Shown in pieces: positions 25,475 to 34,706 of a DNA stretch of 64,000 nucleotides; positions within the stretch are counted from its first letter, which is position 1, and every line of letters starts with the position of its first letter. This stretch comes from Candidatus Staskawiczbacteria bacterium RIFOXYB1_FULL_38_37. GTDB lineage: Bacteria > Patescibacteriota > Minisyncoccia > Minisyncoccales > Staskawiczbacteraceae. The notes beneath the pieces are model-generated. The model was not told where the DNA came from. It did no database searches and saw only the letters and a list, made by a program, of their open reading frames with translations. The translations under genes and the position numbers were made by a program. Location: positions 7,979-71,978 of the forward strand of contig MHPK01000004.1 in NCBI GenBank assembly GCA_001822075.1, written 5' to 3'.

Positions 25475-26215
25475 TTATGCTTCCAAAAATTTTAAAAGAT
25501 ACATTGCTAAAATACCTAAAAATATGATTGCAAAATTTATAAAAGATTTTTTAACGTCGTTTTCTTTTCTTATTTCCGGTATTAAGTCGGATGCGGCAAT
25601 GTAAATAAATCCTCCGGCGGCAAGAGCCAGCAAATAGTGCGAGATATTCTGGGCAAAGCCCAAAAGATAAAAACCAAAAATGCCCCCTGCAACTGATGTA
25701 ATAGCTGTTAAAAAATTCAGCATAAGGGCTCTTTTTTTACTTACGCCTCCGTGTATTAAAACTCCAAAATCCCCGATTTCCTGCGGTATCTCGTGCAAAA
25801 ATATTGCAGCCGTTGAAGCAAAACCTACAGCTGGGCTTACTATAAAACCCGCTGCGATTATTATGCCGTCTATAAAATTGTGTATTGCGTCTCCAATTAA
25901 ATTCATATAAGCAAACGAGTGGACAGGGCAGTTATCTTTATGGCAATGCCTCCAATGTATGGTTTTTTCTATTATTAAAAATAAAAAAAATCCTAAAAGC
26001 ACGATTAAAAATGAAATCCCGTTTTCAAATTTTTCAATTGCTTCCGGAAAAAGATGCAAAAATGCCCCGCCCATAAGCCCTCCGATAGAAAGGGAGACCA
26101 AATAAAATATTATTTTTTTTAGAACTTCTTCTCTTAGCGCCAGCACAAAAACGCCCGCGAAAGAAACCAAGCTTACTAAAAAAGTAAATAAAATTATTAA
26201 AAAAAGAGTTGCCAT
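25475..26215 (-). CDS. ZIP-family divalent metal transporter (ZupT-like)
   Basis: HNFIDGIIIAAGF and FLHEIPQEIGDFGVL motifs. Confidence 0.8.
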   Translation of the reverse strand: MATLFLIILFTFLVSLVSFAGVFVLALREEVLKKIIFYLVSLSIGGLMGGAFLHLFPEAIEKFENGISFLIVLLGFFLFLIIEKTIHWRHCHKDNCPVHSFAYMNLIGDAIHNFIDGIIIAAGFIVSPAVGFASTAAIFLHEIPQEIGDFGVLIHGGVSKKRALMLNFLTAITSVAGGIFGFYLLGFAQNISHYLLALAAGGFIYIAASDLIPEIRKENDVKKSFINFAIIFLGILAMYLLKFLEA

Positions 26216-26245
26216 AAATTAGTTTACACTGAACGCAGTGAAGTG

Positions 26246-26328
26246 TGCCCAGGGCGGGAGTCGAACCCGCATGAGCTTTCGCTCAAAGGATTTTAAGTCC
26301 TTCGTGTATACCATTCCACCACCTGGGC
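26246..26328 (-). tRNA. tRNA-Leu (anticodon UAA)
   Basis: Reverse complement: acceptor GCCCAGG/CCTGGGC, anticodon stem AAGGA/TCCTT with loop CTTAAAA, long variable arm. Confidence 0.85.
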
Positions 26329-26346
26329 AAAAATTTATTAAATCTG

Positions 26347-26417
26347 AGGCCTAGGTGGGATTTGCACCCACGTTGGCGCTTTTGCAGAGCGCTCCCTAGC
26401 TTCTTGGGTACTAGGCC
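26347..26417 (-). tRNA. tRNA-Cys (anticodon GCA)
   Basis: Reverse complement: acceptor GGCCTAG/CTAGGCC, anticodon stem GCGCT/AGCGC with loop CTGCAAA. Confidence 0.85.
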
Positions 26418-26418
26418 A

Positions 26419-27195
26419 TTAATATGAATTCCTTAACAATTCAGCTATCTCTAAATTAATTTTTTGTGGAGCCATTTGAAAATACTCACTAAAAATATCA
26501 AATTTACGCTTTAAATACAAGCCATCAGAGCAATTTTTATACATAAATCCGAATATTTTTACACTATCTCCCGTTGAATACCTTAATTGAAACGCTCTAC
26601 TACTATTATAAATTTTGTCGTGATTAATTAATAACTTATTTTTCAATACCTCCGCCAATCCTTGAAGAAAAGCACTGCTGCCAGAAGTAAAAATTGCTGA
26701 TAATTTTTTGATAATTATGGGCTTAGTAATTCCTTTTGCTTTTTGAAAAAAAGCACAACCATCACCGTCAAAATAACCTCTTATAAAATGGTTTAAACAA
26801 TCGTCTGGAATATTTTTTGGAAATTTGATTATTAAAGACTTTCTTGGAGTTAGACCAAGTTTGATTAAATCTTCAAATAATTTTTTGCTACCAATTCTGA
26901 TACGATAAGATTCTGCACTTTCGTAAACTTTACCATTTTGGAACAAAGCTTTTCGACGAGGACGATACTGGATAGGATGACTAGACCCAATAACCTTTTT
27001 AATGGATTCTAAAATATCCCTGTCTTTACTCGGAAAAGTTATATACTGGGTTCTTGATGATTTTTTTACATCTTCAATGTCTCCATCAGCATATAAAAAG
27101 CCTAAAACATAAGCCATTTCTGGTGACCATTTTTCAAAAAAATCTACTTTAAATTTATAGCGATTGTGTCCTCCACGAGGGTCTAATGAAAACAT
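26419..27195 (-). CDS. LAGLIDADG homing endonuclease, double-motif, free-standing
   Basis: YVLGFLYADGDI and FIRGYFDGDGCA. The stop codon ends 1 nt before the tRNA-Cys 5' end. Confidence 0.8.
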   Translation of the reverse strand: MFSLDPRGGHNRYKFKVDFFEKWSPEMAYVLGFLYADGDIEDVKKSSRTQYITFPSKDRDILESIKKVIGSSHPIQYRPRRKALFQNGKVYESAESYRIRIGSKKLFEDLIKLGLTPRKSLIIKFPKNIPDDCLNHFIRGYFDGDGCAFFQKAKGITKPIIIKKLSAIFTSGSSAFLQGLAEVLKNKLLINHDKIYNSSRAFQLRYSTGDSVKIFGFMYKNCSDGLYLKRKFDIFSEYFQMAPQKINLEIAELLRNSY

Positions 27196-27241
27196 AAAAT
27201 TTATATGTTTTCTTCTATTTTACCCTATTTTTCCCCTTTTT

Positions 27242-27589
27242 TCAATCTTTATTTTCATTCTTGGCTTTGTACAAAAGCTCCTCAATTTTTCCTGCCCTGC
27301 TTAAAACTTTATCTTTTACAAACTTAATTCTTGGAACTGGCCTCATTCTCATGGTTTTATTAACTTTTTGCTGGATATCAAAAATGTTTTTATCAAGCAT
27401 TTTTATCATCTCGTCTGCTTTGTCATCAGGAAACACAGAAATAAAAACCTTTGCCTCAATTAAATTTGCTGTTGTGTCCACGTAAGTTAAAGTAACCAAA
27501 ACATCAGGAGAATAGGCAAAATCCCTAAAAATAATTTTACTTATCTCTTTTTCTAACAGCGAATTAACTTTTTCAATCCTATTTGACAT
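27242..27589 (-). CDS. rbfA: Ribosome-binding factor A
   Basis: RIEKVNSLLEKEISKII and PVPRIKFVKD pattern. Located downstream of infB. Confidence 0.8.
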   Translation of the reverse strand: MSNRIEKVNSLLEKEISKIIFRDFAYSPDVLVTLTYVDTTANLIEAKVFISVFPDDKADEMIKMLDKNIFDIQQKVNKTMRMRPVPRIKFVKDKVLSRAGKIEELLYKAKNENKD

Positions 27590-27660
27590 TATATTATTTA
27601 TTTGATATTATATTTGTATTCAGCTTTTTGTCAATTTGACCTACTTTCAGGAGAACAAAC

Positions 27661-27903
27661 GTGAAAGTCAACCTACTAAAATGTAATATGTCCGAAATTG
27701 GAACATCAAGAGCAACCATTGAATTTGTTGCAGAAAATGACCAAGATATGGAAATTCTACAAAAGTTATACGATGCAAAACTTTTAGACGAAGCTTGGGC
27801 TGAAGCAGATGGCAGAGCATGCAAAGGACAAGTTCATCTGAAAGGATTAAATTTGGAAACTTTCTTACCTCCCCACTTGCTACAAACTCCTAACCCCTTA
27901 TAA
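27661..27903 (+). CDS. Hypothetical 80-aa protein antisense to the infB-rbfA operon spacer
   Basis: AGGAGA 6 nt before GTG at 27661. Own plus-strand hairpin and T8 at 27921..27952. Confidence 0.4.
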   Translation: MKVNLLKCNMSEIGTSRATIEFVAENDQDMEILQKLYDAKLLDEAWAEADGRACKGQVHLKGLNLETFLPPHLLQTPNPL

Positions 27904-27920
27904 ACACGAAAAGAATATCC

Positions 27921-27952
27921 AAGCCTTGGTAGTGATACCTCGGCTTTTTTTT
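27921..27952 (+). terminator. Plus-strand hairpin + T8
   Basis: AAGCCttGG-tagtgata-CCtcGGCTT followed by TTTTTTTT. The T-run is only on the plus strand. Confidence 0.5.
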
Positions 27953-29465
27953 ATAGTTCGCCTTTTTTGCGTTCTTCTGTATATGCCTGCAAAATATCTC
28001 CTTTTTCAATTTTTACATTTCCTTCAAATAAAATTCCTGCTTCCTGGCCTTTTGACAGCTTATCTATATCTTTTTTGTCTCGCTGGAGGTTTATTATGCG
28101 ACCTGTCCCAATTTTTTTATCATCACGAAAAATTTCTAATTTCAATCCTTTTTTTAGTTCTCCCTCTGTTATTTTGCCGCCCACAATCTGCCTATTTTTT
28201 TCTCCCCAAAAAACCAAAAGAGTTTTTAATTTTCCAATATCTTCTCTTACAACTTCTGCTTCGAGCGTTTTTTCTAAACTTTTTCTTACCTCCTGTATCA
28301 GCTCATAAATCACGTTAAATGTCTTGATTCTCAACTTTTTTTCAATGTCTGCCTTCATAAATTTTGAAACAGCCGTGCTCACCTGCACCCTAAACCCTAT
28401 AATCTGCGCATTAGACATTGAAGCTAACTTCGCATCTGATTCATTTATATCTCCAACTTCTGACTTTAAAATTCTTAAAATAACTTTTTCCTGGGGCAAA
28501 CTTTTCAACATTCCTTCTATGGCTTCCAATGACCCAAAAACATCTCCTTTCAAAATTATATTTAAAACTTTTTTATCTGGGTCTGAGTCTAAAACAGAAG
28601 ACCCGATTTCTCTTTTGGGAATTTCCTTTTTTATTTCTTCTTCAGCTGCCTCAACGTTATTATAAGTTTTAAATTTTTCTCCAACAGCCGGCACCTTGTC
28701 AAAACCCAAAATAATAACAGGCTTTGAGGGCTGGGCTTCTTCTATTTCTTTTCCCAAAAAATCTTTTATTGATTTTACTTTAGCCAAAGCCAGGTCTGTG
28801 GCTATAATATTTTTTTTGCTTAAAATTCCTTTTTTTACTATTGCTGTGGCCACGGGCCCCTTTAACCCATCCATGTATGACTCTATTATCAGGCCTTCGG
28901 CCAGCGAGGCTGTATCTGAGCTTAAATCCTGCAAATCAGCCACCAGTAAAATCATTTCCAAAAGCTCGTTTATGCCTGTTTTTTCTTTTGCTGAAATTTC
29001 AACGCAAGGCACGTTCCCTCCCATTGATTCTGCAATAACTTCTATTTGCGAGAGCTCTCTCTTTATTTTTTCAGGATTGGCCGATGGCAAGTCTATTTTA
29101 TTTAGAACAACAATCATTGGAATTTCAGCCCTTTTAATAGCTATTACAGCTTCTTTTGTCTGGGGCTGCACTGACTGGGCAGAATCCACAACAAGCAAAG
29201 CAATGTCAGCCACTTCAGTTCCTCTGGCGCGCATTGCAGAAAACGCCTCGTGCCCCGGAGTATCAATAAAGGTTATTGTTTTGCCTTTTTCTTCTACTTC
29301 ATAGGCTCCGATGTGCTGGGTAATGCCGCCTGATTCTTTTGAGGTAATTTTAAAATCCTTAATTGCTTCCAGCAAAGAAGATTTTCCATGGTCAACATGG
29401 CCTAAAACGACCACCACAGGCGGCCTTTTTGTTTCTTTTTTAGTTTTCTTTTCTTTCTTAATCAT
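27951..29465 (-). CDS. infB: Translation initiation factor IF-2 (short N-terminus)
   Basis: VVVVLGHVDHGKSSLLEAI, DTPGHEAF, NKID GTPase motifs. Confidence 0.95.
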   Translation of the reverse strand: MIKKEKKTKKETKRPPVVVVLGHVDHGKSSLLEAIKDFKITSKESGGITQHIGAYEVEEKGKTITFIDTPGHEAFSAMRARGTEVADIALLVVDSAQSVQPQTKEAVIAIKRAEIPMIVVLNKIDLPSANPEKIKRELSQIEVIAESMGGNVPCVEISAKEKTGINELLEMILLVADLQDLSSDTASLAEGLIIESYMDGLKGPVATAIVKKGILSKKNIIATDLALAKVKSIKDFLGKEIEEAQPSKPVIILGFDKVPAVGEKFKTYNNVEAAEEEIKKEIPKREIGSSVLDSDPDKKVLNIILKGDVFGSLEAIEGMLKSLPQEKVILRILKSEVGDINESDAKLASMSNAQIIGFRVQVSTAVSKFMKADIEKKLRIKTFNVIYELIQEVRKSLEKTLEAEVVREDIGKLKTLLVFWGEKNRQIVGGKITEGELKKGLKLEIFRDDKKIGTGRIINLQRDKKDIDKLSKGQEAGILFEGNVKIEKGDILQAYTEERKKGEL

Positions 29466-29468
29466 ATT

Positions 29469-29966
29469 TTAGGATTTTAAATTTCTCGAGCCCATGGCTC
29501 GGACTATGGCTTCTTTTTCTTCATTTGACAACAAATAGTCTGATTTTCCATCTTTTACTGCTTTTGCATAAACTCTGTTTCCCTCCTTGATAAAAAGGCT
29601 TGAAATTACAAATCCGTTGTTTTTATTGTCCAGCAAAGCAATAGCAAAACTCTGGTTGCCCCCCATATCTGAAAACGGATTAAATCTCACAACTCCTATA
29701 TTTTGGACTGATTTTTCTGACAGCTTCCGTAAATTTTCAACATCTCCAAAAATTTTTTCTATGCTATCTTCCAGTTTTTTATTTTTTTCAGCATGTGAAA
29801 GCAAAACATCTTTTAAATCTTTTATCTTGCCCTTTTCAAGCAGTTTGTCTATGTTTTTATTTGTTTTATAAAAATACCAAACTAAAAATAGGTTTATTAA
29901 AAATAAAACTAAAAACACTGCCGCAACTCCCAATAATAATAAAAAATTATCCAGCTGTAAAGCCAT
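29469..29966 (-). CDS. DUF4446-family protein
   Basis: N-terminal TM, then VVRFNPFSDMGGNQSFAIALLD...RVYAKAV...LSNEEKEAI. Confidence 0.65.
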   Translation of the reverse strand: MALQLDNFLLLLGVAAVFLVLFLINLFLVWYFYKTNKNIDKLLEKGKIKDLKDVLLSHAEKNKKLEDSIEKIFGDVENLRKLSEKSVQNIGVVRFNPFSDMGGNQSFAIALLDNKNNGFVISSLFIKEGNRVYAKAVKDGKSDYLLSNEEKEAIVRAMGSRNLKS

Positions 29967-30023
29967 TTTAAAACATATAGATTATTTTACCACGCCTCTG
30001 CAAAAATGCAATTATCTTATTTT

Positions 30024-31013
30024 CTATAAGACGTCCCATATCTCAGAGTCTTCAGAACCTAAAACCCATGCAGAAAACCCTCTCAAATTATTTTGTTTCA
30101 CAATATTAAGCTTGAGTTCAAAGCTTTTTCTGTTTTCGTACCAAATTTTATAGCTTGCGCCCCAAACAGAATAACTCAGCCACGGCGCTCCCAAAAGCCG
30201 GTCAAACCCGTATTTGCACAAAAAGTTATCCATTGTGTATTTTACTAAGCTATAATTCCCGCTGGAAACTCTTTTTAAAGTTTTTTGATTCCAACCCCAA
30301 TAATAAAAGGGGATTCCCATTGATAATTTTTCTGAAGAAATTTTGTCTTTTACATAATTTAAAACCCATTTTGTGTACAGCACAGAAGAGGTGGGCCCGT
30401 ATGACTTTGGGTCGTCGTAGGTCATTAAGCTTATAAAATCAACTGCATCTGAAATTCTTTTATAGTCAAAAGCTCCGCCCCAATTATAATAAAAATCGCT
30501 GTCTTCGTAAGCTGAAGTCCTTGAAACAGCAGCTATGCTCAAAATTAAATTATTTTTATGCAGTTCTTTGGATGTTTTTTCAACAAAGGCTGAATAAAGG
30601 TCTTTGTCTTTGTAATTTATATGTTCAAAGTCAAATTGCCAGCCAATGTAATTGTTTTCTTTAGCTAACTCAACCATGCTTGCAATAATCTTGTCTTGCG
30701 CCTCGCCAGACAAAAGCAAGTTGTGTATTATTGGCTGCAAAAATTTAGAGTTTACCACCAGGGGCATTACTTTTAAATTATTATCTGCAATAACTTCTTT
30801 TAATTCTTTGCTCAAAGACCCGTATAAGTTCAAATCAGATTTTACAGCATAAGCCTGCGGAGCTAAAATATCAATCTTTTTTGCATTTTTTTGTATTATT
30901 GGAATAGATATTTCTTCATTTTTCTCTGACAAATAAAAAATCTTCTCCATGCCAAAGGCAGAAACAGGCGTTAAAAACAAAAACAATATTAAAAAGTATA
31001 TAATTTTTTTCAT
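30024..31013 (-). CDS. Secreted glycoside hydrolase family 18-like protein
   Basis: Signal peptide. GWQFDFE resembles the GH18 DxDxE catalytic strand. Confidence 0.6.
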   Translation of the reverse strand: MKKIIYFLILFLFLTPVSAFGMEKIFYLSEKNEEISIPIIQKNAKKIDILAPQAYAVKSDLNLYGSLSKELKEVIADNNLKVMPLVVNSKFLQPIIHNLLLSGEAQDKIIASMVELAKENNYIGWQFDFEHINYKDKDLYSAFVEKTSKELHKNNLILSIAAVSRTSAYEDSDFYYNWGGAFDYKRISDAVDFISLMTYDDPKSYGPTSSVLYTKWVLNYVKDKISSEKLSMGIPFYYWGWNQKTLKRVSSGNYSLVKYTMDNFLCKYGFDRLLGAPWLSYSVWGASYKIWYENRKSFELKLNIVKQNNLRGFSAWVLGSEDSEIWDVL

Positions 31014-31261
31014 AATAAATGTTTTTTAATAAAAGCTCTACCAGACCCAGATTTTAAATATTTTTCAAATTCAAATGCTTTGTATTGATTACTAAATGCT
31101 ATATAAAAATCCAATTCAACAGGCAGTCTATCTTTTGTTGCATCAACTTGTCCTTTTGTATGTCTATTAATTCTGTCTTTTAAATTATTTGTGCAACCCA
31201 CATAGAAACCATCTTTACATTTTAAACTATAAACGCGTAATACATAAAATTTTAGGCGGAT
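31010..31261 (-). CDS. GIY-YIG nuclease (UPF0213-like) without a canonical start codon
   Basis: The ORF track starts at GTG 31201, but the GIY-YIG N-terminus (IRLKFYVLRVYSLKCKDGFYVGCTNNLKDRINRH) continues upstream to an in-frame stop at 31262 with no ATG, GTG or TTG. Confidence 0.5.
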   Translation of the reverse strand: MRLKFYVLRVYSLKCKDGFYVGCTNNLKDRINRHTKGQVDATKDRLPVELDFYIAFSNQYKAFEFEKYLKSGSGRAFIKKHLL

Positions 31262-31336
31262 TTATCACGCCGAAGCCACGCCAAAAGGGCGAAGCCCGCC
31301 ATCGCTTTGTAAAGCAAAGCTTTGGCGTGGCGAAGG
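31258..31336. repeat. Intergenic GC-rich composite palindrome (largest member of the GC-rich element family)
   Basis: ccacgccaaa...tttggcgtgg outer arms and gctttg-taaa-gcaaagc inner arms. Contains cgccgaagcc, gaagcccgcc and caaagctttggcg cores. Confidence 0.6.
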
Positions 31337-31421
31337 CGGAGGGGGTGAGATTCGAACTCACGAGGCCTGTAAAGACCGCGGTTTTCGGGACCGCTCCGTT
31401 AAACCACTCCGGCACCCCTCC
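31337..31421 (-). tRNA. tRNA-Ser (anticodon CGA)
   Basis: Reverse complement: acceptor GGAGGGG/CCCCTCC, anticodon stem GCGGT/ACCGC with loop CCCGAAA, long variable arm. Confidence 0.85.
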
Positions 31422-31499
31422 ATAAAATAATAATACTTTATAAATATTGTCCGCGCAACTAAAATGCGGCCAAAGAGCCGCATTTTGAAGGTGATTTAA

Positions 31500-31874
31500 T
31501 TAACTATTTTTGATTTCGCAGGGTTGTTTTTTTATCAAAACCTGATGCCAATCATCAAAGTCATAAATATCATGGGCAATAACTCCGGCTACAGCTCCCA
31601 TAAAAAAGCTTGGCAGATAAAGAAAATCCACAACCCAGACAATCAGTAATAATACAGCTCCCATAATCCAGTGATGAAGATGAAATTTCCACTTTCCGCA
31701 GTCTATAAATATAAGGTCAACTTTACCTGATTCAACAAACTTTTTATGATATAATTTACAGGCAAGGTATCCTAAAACCAGTCCAAGACAAAGCAAAGAA
31801 GAATAATAAAATGTGGTGGTTAAAACTAAAACTGGCAGGACTTTTTTAACGTTACTTTTACTGTTTTCCGGCAT
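31500..31874 (-). CDS. Hypothetical membrane protein
   Basis: 124-aa ORF with three hydrophobic helices. Confidence 0.5.
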   Translation of the reverse strand: MPENSKSNVKKVLPVLVLTTTFYYSSLLCLGLVLGYLACKLYHKKFVESGKVDLIFIDCGKWKFHLHHWIMGAVLLLIVWVVDFLYLPSFFMGAVAGVIAHDIYDFDDWHQVLIKKQPCEIKNS

Positions 31875-32094
31875 ATATTAATGGGTAAACCGCTTATTTC
31901 TTCGCAATTTAAGCTTAATAATAAACCTTTCTTAAACTTCCTTAATAGTATCATAAACAAGACCCCCTGTCCATAGTAAAGCATGTCTTTTATACACACC
32001 CTAAAACAGCTATTTGGCGGCAAATTTTCGACTATTTTTACCTCATACTAATGCGCAGTATTCTTAAATTAGTCCGAACGCATTTTGGTGGTAT

Positions 32095-33090
32095 TCAAAA
32101 CCAATTGAAAAGTTTCGCGATAAAGAGAACATAGACCGAAAGATAAAACGCGCCTTCCCACATATGGATTCTTCTCGAAATACCGGAAATGACGAAAAGA
32201 AACGTTGCGAGCGCCATTGTTGGAACGCCAATCGCAAAGGTTTGGTTATCTACCGGGAGTATACGAAACAATCCAGGCAAACCTATGACGACTAAAGCAT
32301 TAAAAACATTTGAGCCGAAAATATTTCCAAGCGCGATTTCTGACTTTTTTTGGAAAGCCGCCTTCGCGGAAACAAGAAGTTCAGGCAAAGAAGTTCCAAC
32401 AGCCACGGCAGTAATAGCAATAACTCCAGTTGCGATGTTCAACATCGTCGAAAGATTTACTAATGCGTCAATGAGATATTTTGCGCCAAAAACTAAACCA
32501 AGAACACCAACAACCAAAAGAATAAAATCTTTTGCAACGAGTTTTGGGCGAGTAAATTCTTCTTTTTTGCGGGTGGCGATATTTTTTCTTCTTTCTTGTC
32601 GCGATGGTAAAAATTCAGCAATTTCACCAGAACCCTCTGCGTCTTTGTGCAAAACCGTATAAAGCAGATATACGCCGTAAGTAACAAGCATTAGGATAGA
32701 TTCGCCAAGAGTAATTTGTTTATCCCATACAATGCCCAAAAGTAAAACCGTGCTAATAGCGAGAAGCGGAAGATCTAAATCTATTAAACTTTTTGTAACT
32801 ATGAGCCGTTTACCGATGACAGCAGAAACCCCGACGATAAGTAAAATATTTGCGATATTTGACCCTATCGCGTTTGCGGCAACAACATCTGGCACGCCCT
32901 TGAATACCGCAACAAAAGAGGAAATAAGCTCCGGAAAAGATGTTCCAACGCCGACAATGGTAACGCCGACAATAAAGGGCGACAAACCGAGAGCGAGTCC
33001 TATTTTTTCCGCGCTTGCAATTAACCAATCAGCGCCTTTTACCAACGCCCCCAACGAAACAATAAATATAATTATCCAAAATATGACCAT
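32095..33090 (-). CDS. CaCA-family cation/calcium antiporter (YrbG-like)
   Basis: Duplicated alpha-repeats GTSFPELISS and GTSLPELLVS, plus GNIFGSNVFN. Confidence 0.8.
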   Translation of the reverse strand: MVIFWIIIFIVSLGALVKGADWLIASAEKIGLALGLSPFIVGVTIVGVGTSFPELISSFVAVFKGVPDVVAANAIGSNIANILLIVGVSAVIGKRLIVTKSLIDLDLPLLAISTVLLLGIVWDKQITLGESILMLVTYGVYLLYTVLHKDAEGSGEIAEFLPSRQERRKNIATRKKEEFTRPKLVAKDFILLVVGVLGLVFGAKYLIDALVNLSTMLNIATGVIAITAVAVGTSLPELLVSAKAAFQKKSEIALGNIFGSNVFNALVVIGLPGLFRILPVDNQTFAIGVPTMALATFLFVISGISRRIHMWEGAFYLSVYVLFIAKLFNWF

Positions 33091-33140
33091 AAAAGTTATT
33101 GTTAAGATTTATAAAAATTTTTCTGTTTAAAATTCCTTTC

Positions 33141-33215
33141 TGGTGCCCCCACCAGGAATCGAACCTGGATTTCAAGTTTAGGAAACTCGCGTCCTATCCG
33201 TTGAACGACAGGGGC
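33141..33215 (-). tRNA. tRNA-Arg (anticodon CCU), CCA encoded
   Basis: Reverse complement: acceptor GCCCCTG/TGGGGGC, anticodon loop TTCCTAA, T-arm CCAGGTTCGATTCCTGG. Confidence 0.8.
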
Positions 33216-33320
33216 ATATATTTATTATTAATTTAACACATTTTTTACTCTCTCGCAAGATAGCATTATAATATAGATTTTGCTATAATAGCCATAATAA
33301 TCTTAATAATAAAATAAAAA

Positions 33321-34364
33321 ATGAACTCTTCTATTATAGAAATCGCAAAAAAAGTTTGCCCGGCTGTAATTACTGTTATTGTTTCAAAAGACCTGCCAAA
33401 AATTGAAAATTTTTATTCTTTTCCGTTTGGCGGAAAAGAATTTATTATGCCCACTCCAAAATCTGGAAAAGAAAAAGACCAAAAAATGAAAACCCAAAAA
33501 ACCCAGATAGGAGGAGGCTCGGGATTTATTATTTCAAAGGACGGCTATGTTTTAACCTCAAACCACGTGGTTTCAGACACAACAGCTGACTATACTGTGA
33601 TTATAAGCCCCAAACACAAGCTTCCTGCAAAAGTTTTATCAAGAAACCCTATAAATGACACAGCTGTCTTAAAAATAGACGGCCAAAATCTTCCCTATAT
33701 TGAAATGGCAGATTCAAATAAAATACAGCTTGGCGAAGAAGTGGTTGCTGTGGGAAATGCTTTGGGCGAATTTACAGACACTTTGTCAGCTGGCATTGTT
33801 TCCGGACTTTCAAGATTTATTACAGCTTTCGGCGGAGTTGACCACCAAATGCAAAACTTAAGAGGTTTGATACAAACAGACGCTGCAATTAATCCCGGAA
33901 ATTCAGGCGGGCCCTTGGTAAACATGGAAGGCAAAGCAATTGGAATTAATACTGCCATGATAATGGGAGCGCAAAATATAGGATTTGCAATACCTGTAAA
34001 TTATGCAAAAAAAGATTTGGAAGAAATTAAAAAATACGGCAAAATAATAGTGCCTTTTTTGGGAGTAAAATATGTTTTAATTTCAAAAGAAATGGCAGCC
34101 ATAAATAAACTGCCAGTAAACGACGGAGCATTGGTTGTAAGAGAAGCGTTAGGCGAGTCGCCTGTTGTAAAAGGGTCCTCGGCCGATAAAGCTGGCATTA
34201 AGGAGTGGGATATAATTATAGAATGCAACAACGAAGGAATCACGATTAAAAACCCTTTGGCCCACATTTTGCAAAAATGCAAAATTGGAGGAGAAATAAC
34301 AATAAAGGTTCTAAGAGACGGCAAAAAGCTTGAGCTAAAAGCAAAACTGGAAGAAAAAGTGTAA
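33321..34364 (+). CDS. HtrA/DegP-family serine protease with PDZ domain
   Basis: GSGFIISKDGYVLTSNHVV, TDAAINPGNSGGPLVN. Confidence 0.85.
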   Translation: MNSSIIEIAKKVCPAVITVIVSKDLPKIENFYSFPFGGKEFIMPTPKSGKEKDQKMKTQKTQIGGGSGFIISKDGYVLTSNHVVSDTTADYTVIISPKHKLPAKVLSRNPINDTAVLKIDGQNLPYIEMADSNKIQLGEEVVAVGNALGEFTDTLSAGIVSGLSRFITAFGGVDHQMQNLRGLIQTDAAINPGNSGGPLVNMEGKAIGINTAMIMGAQNIGFAIPVNYAKKDLEEIKKYGKIIVPFLGVKYVLISKEMAAINKLPVNDGALVVREALGESPVVKGSSADKAGIKEWDIIIECNNEGITIKNPLAHILQKCKIGGEITIKVLRDGKKLELKAKLEEKV

Positions 34365-34379
34365 ATACAAATTTTATTA

Positions 34380-34604
34380 TTATCCTAACAGCTTTTTTTT
34401 AAGTTCAGAATAAATAGTTTTTTTTGTAATTAGCTCAAAAATAAAAAGCGGCCAAAAAATAAACAGGTCGATAGAACCTATCAAAGACGTAAAAAAAAAT
34501 TTTGCGCCTTTGTTTTTATAGGCAGAAACAAAAGCAGAAATTATTACCACTGCAAACCCTATTCTGCCGTACCAGCCCAAAATAAAAGCTAAAATATTTT
34601 CCAT
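34380..34604 (-). CDS. Small membrane protein
   Basis: 74-aa ORF with two hydrophobic helices. Confidence 0.4.
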   Translation of the reverse strand: MENILAFILGWYGRIGFAVVIISAFVSAYKNKGAKFFFTSLIGSIDLFIFWPLFIFELITKKTIYSELKKKLLG

Positions 34605-34706
34605 ATATTTTTATTATACCTGAATTTTTTAAAAAAAGACAAGCGCAAAATAATACTGCAATTAAATTTCTAATTTGAATTCAAAACAGCCTCTTTTGTA
34701 TAAATG

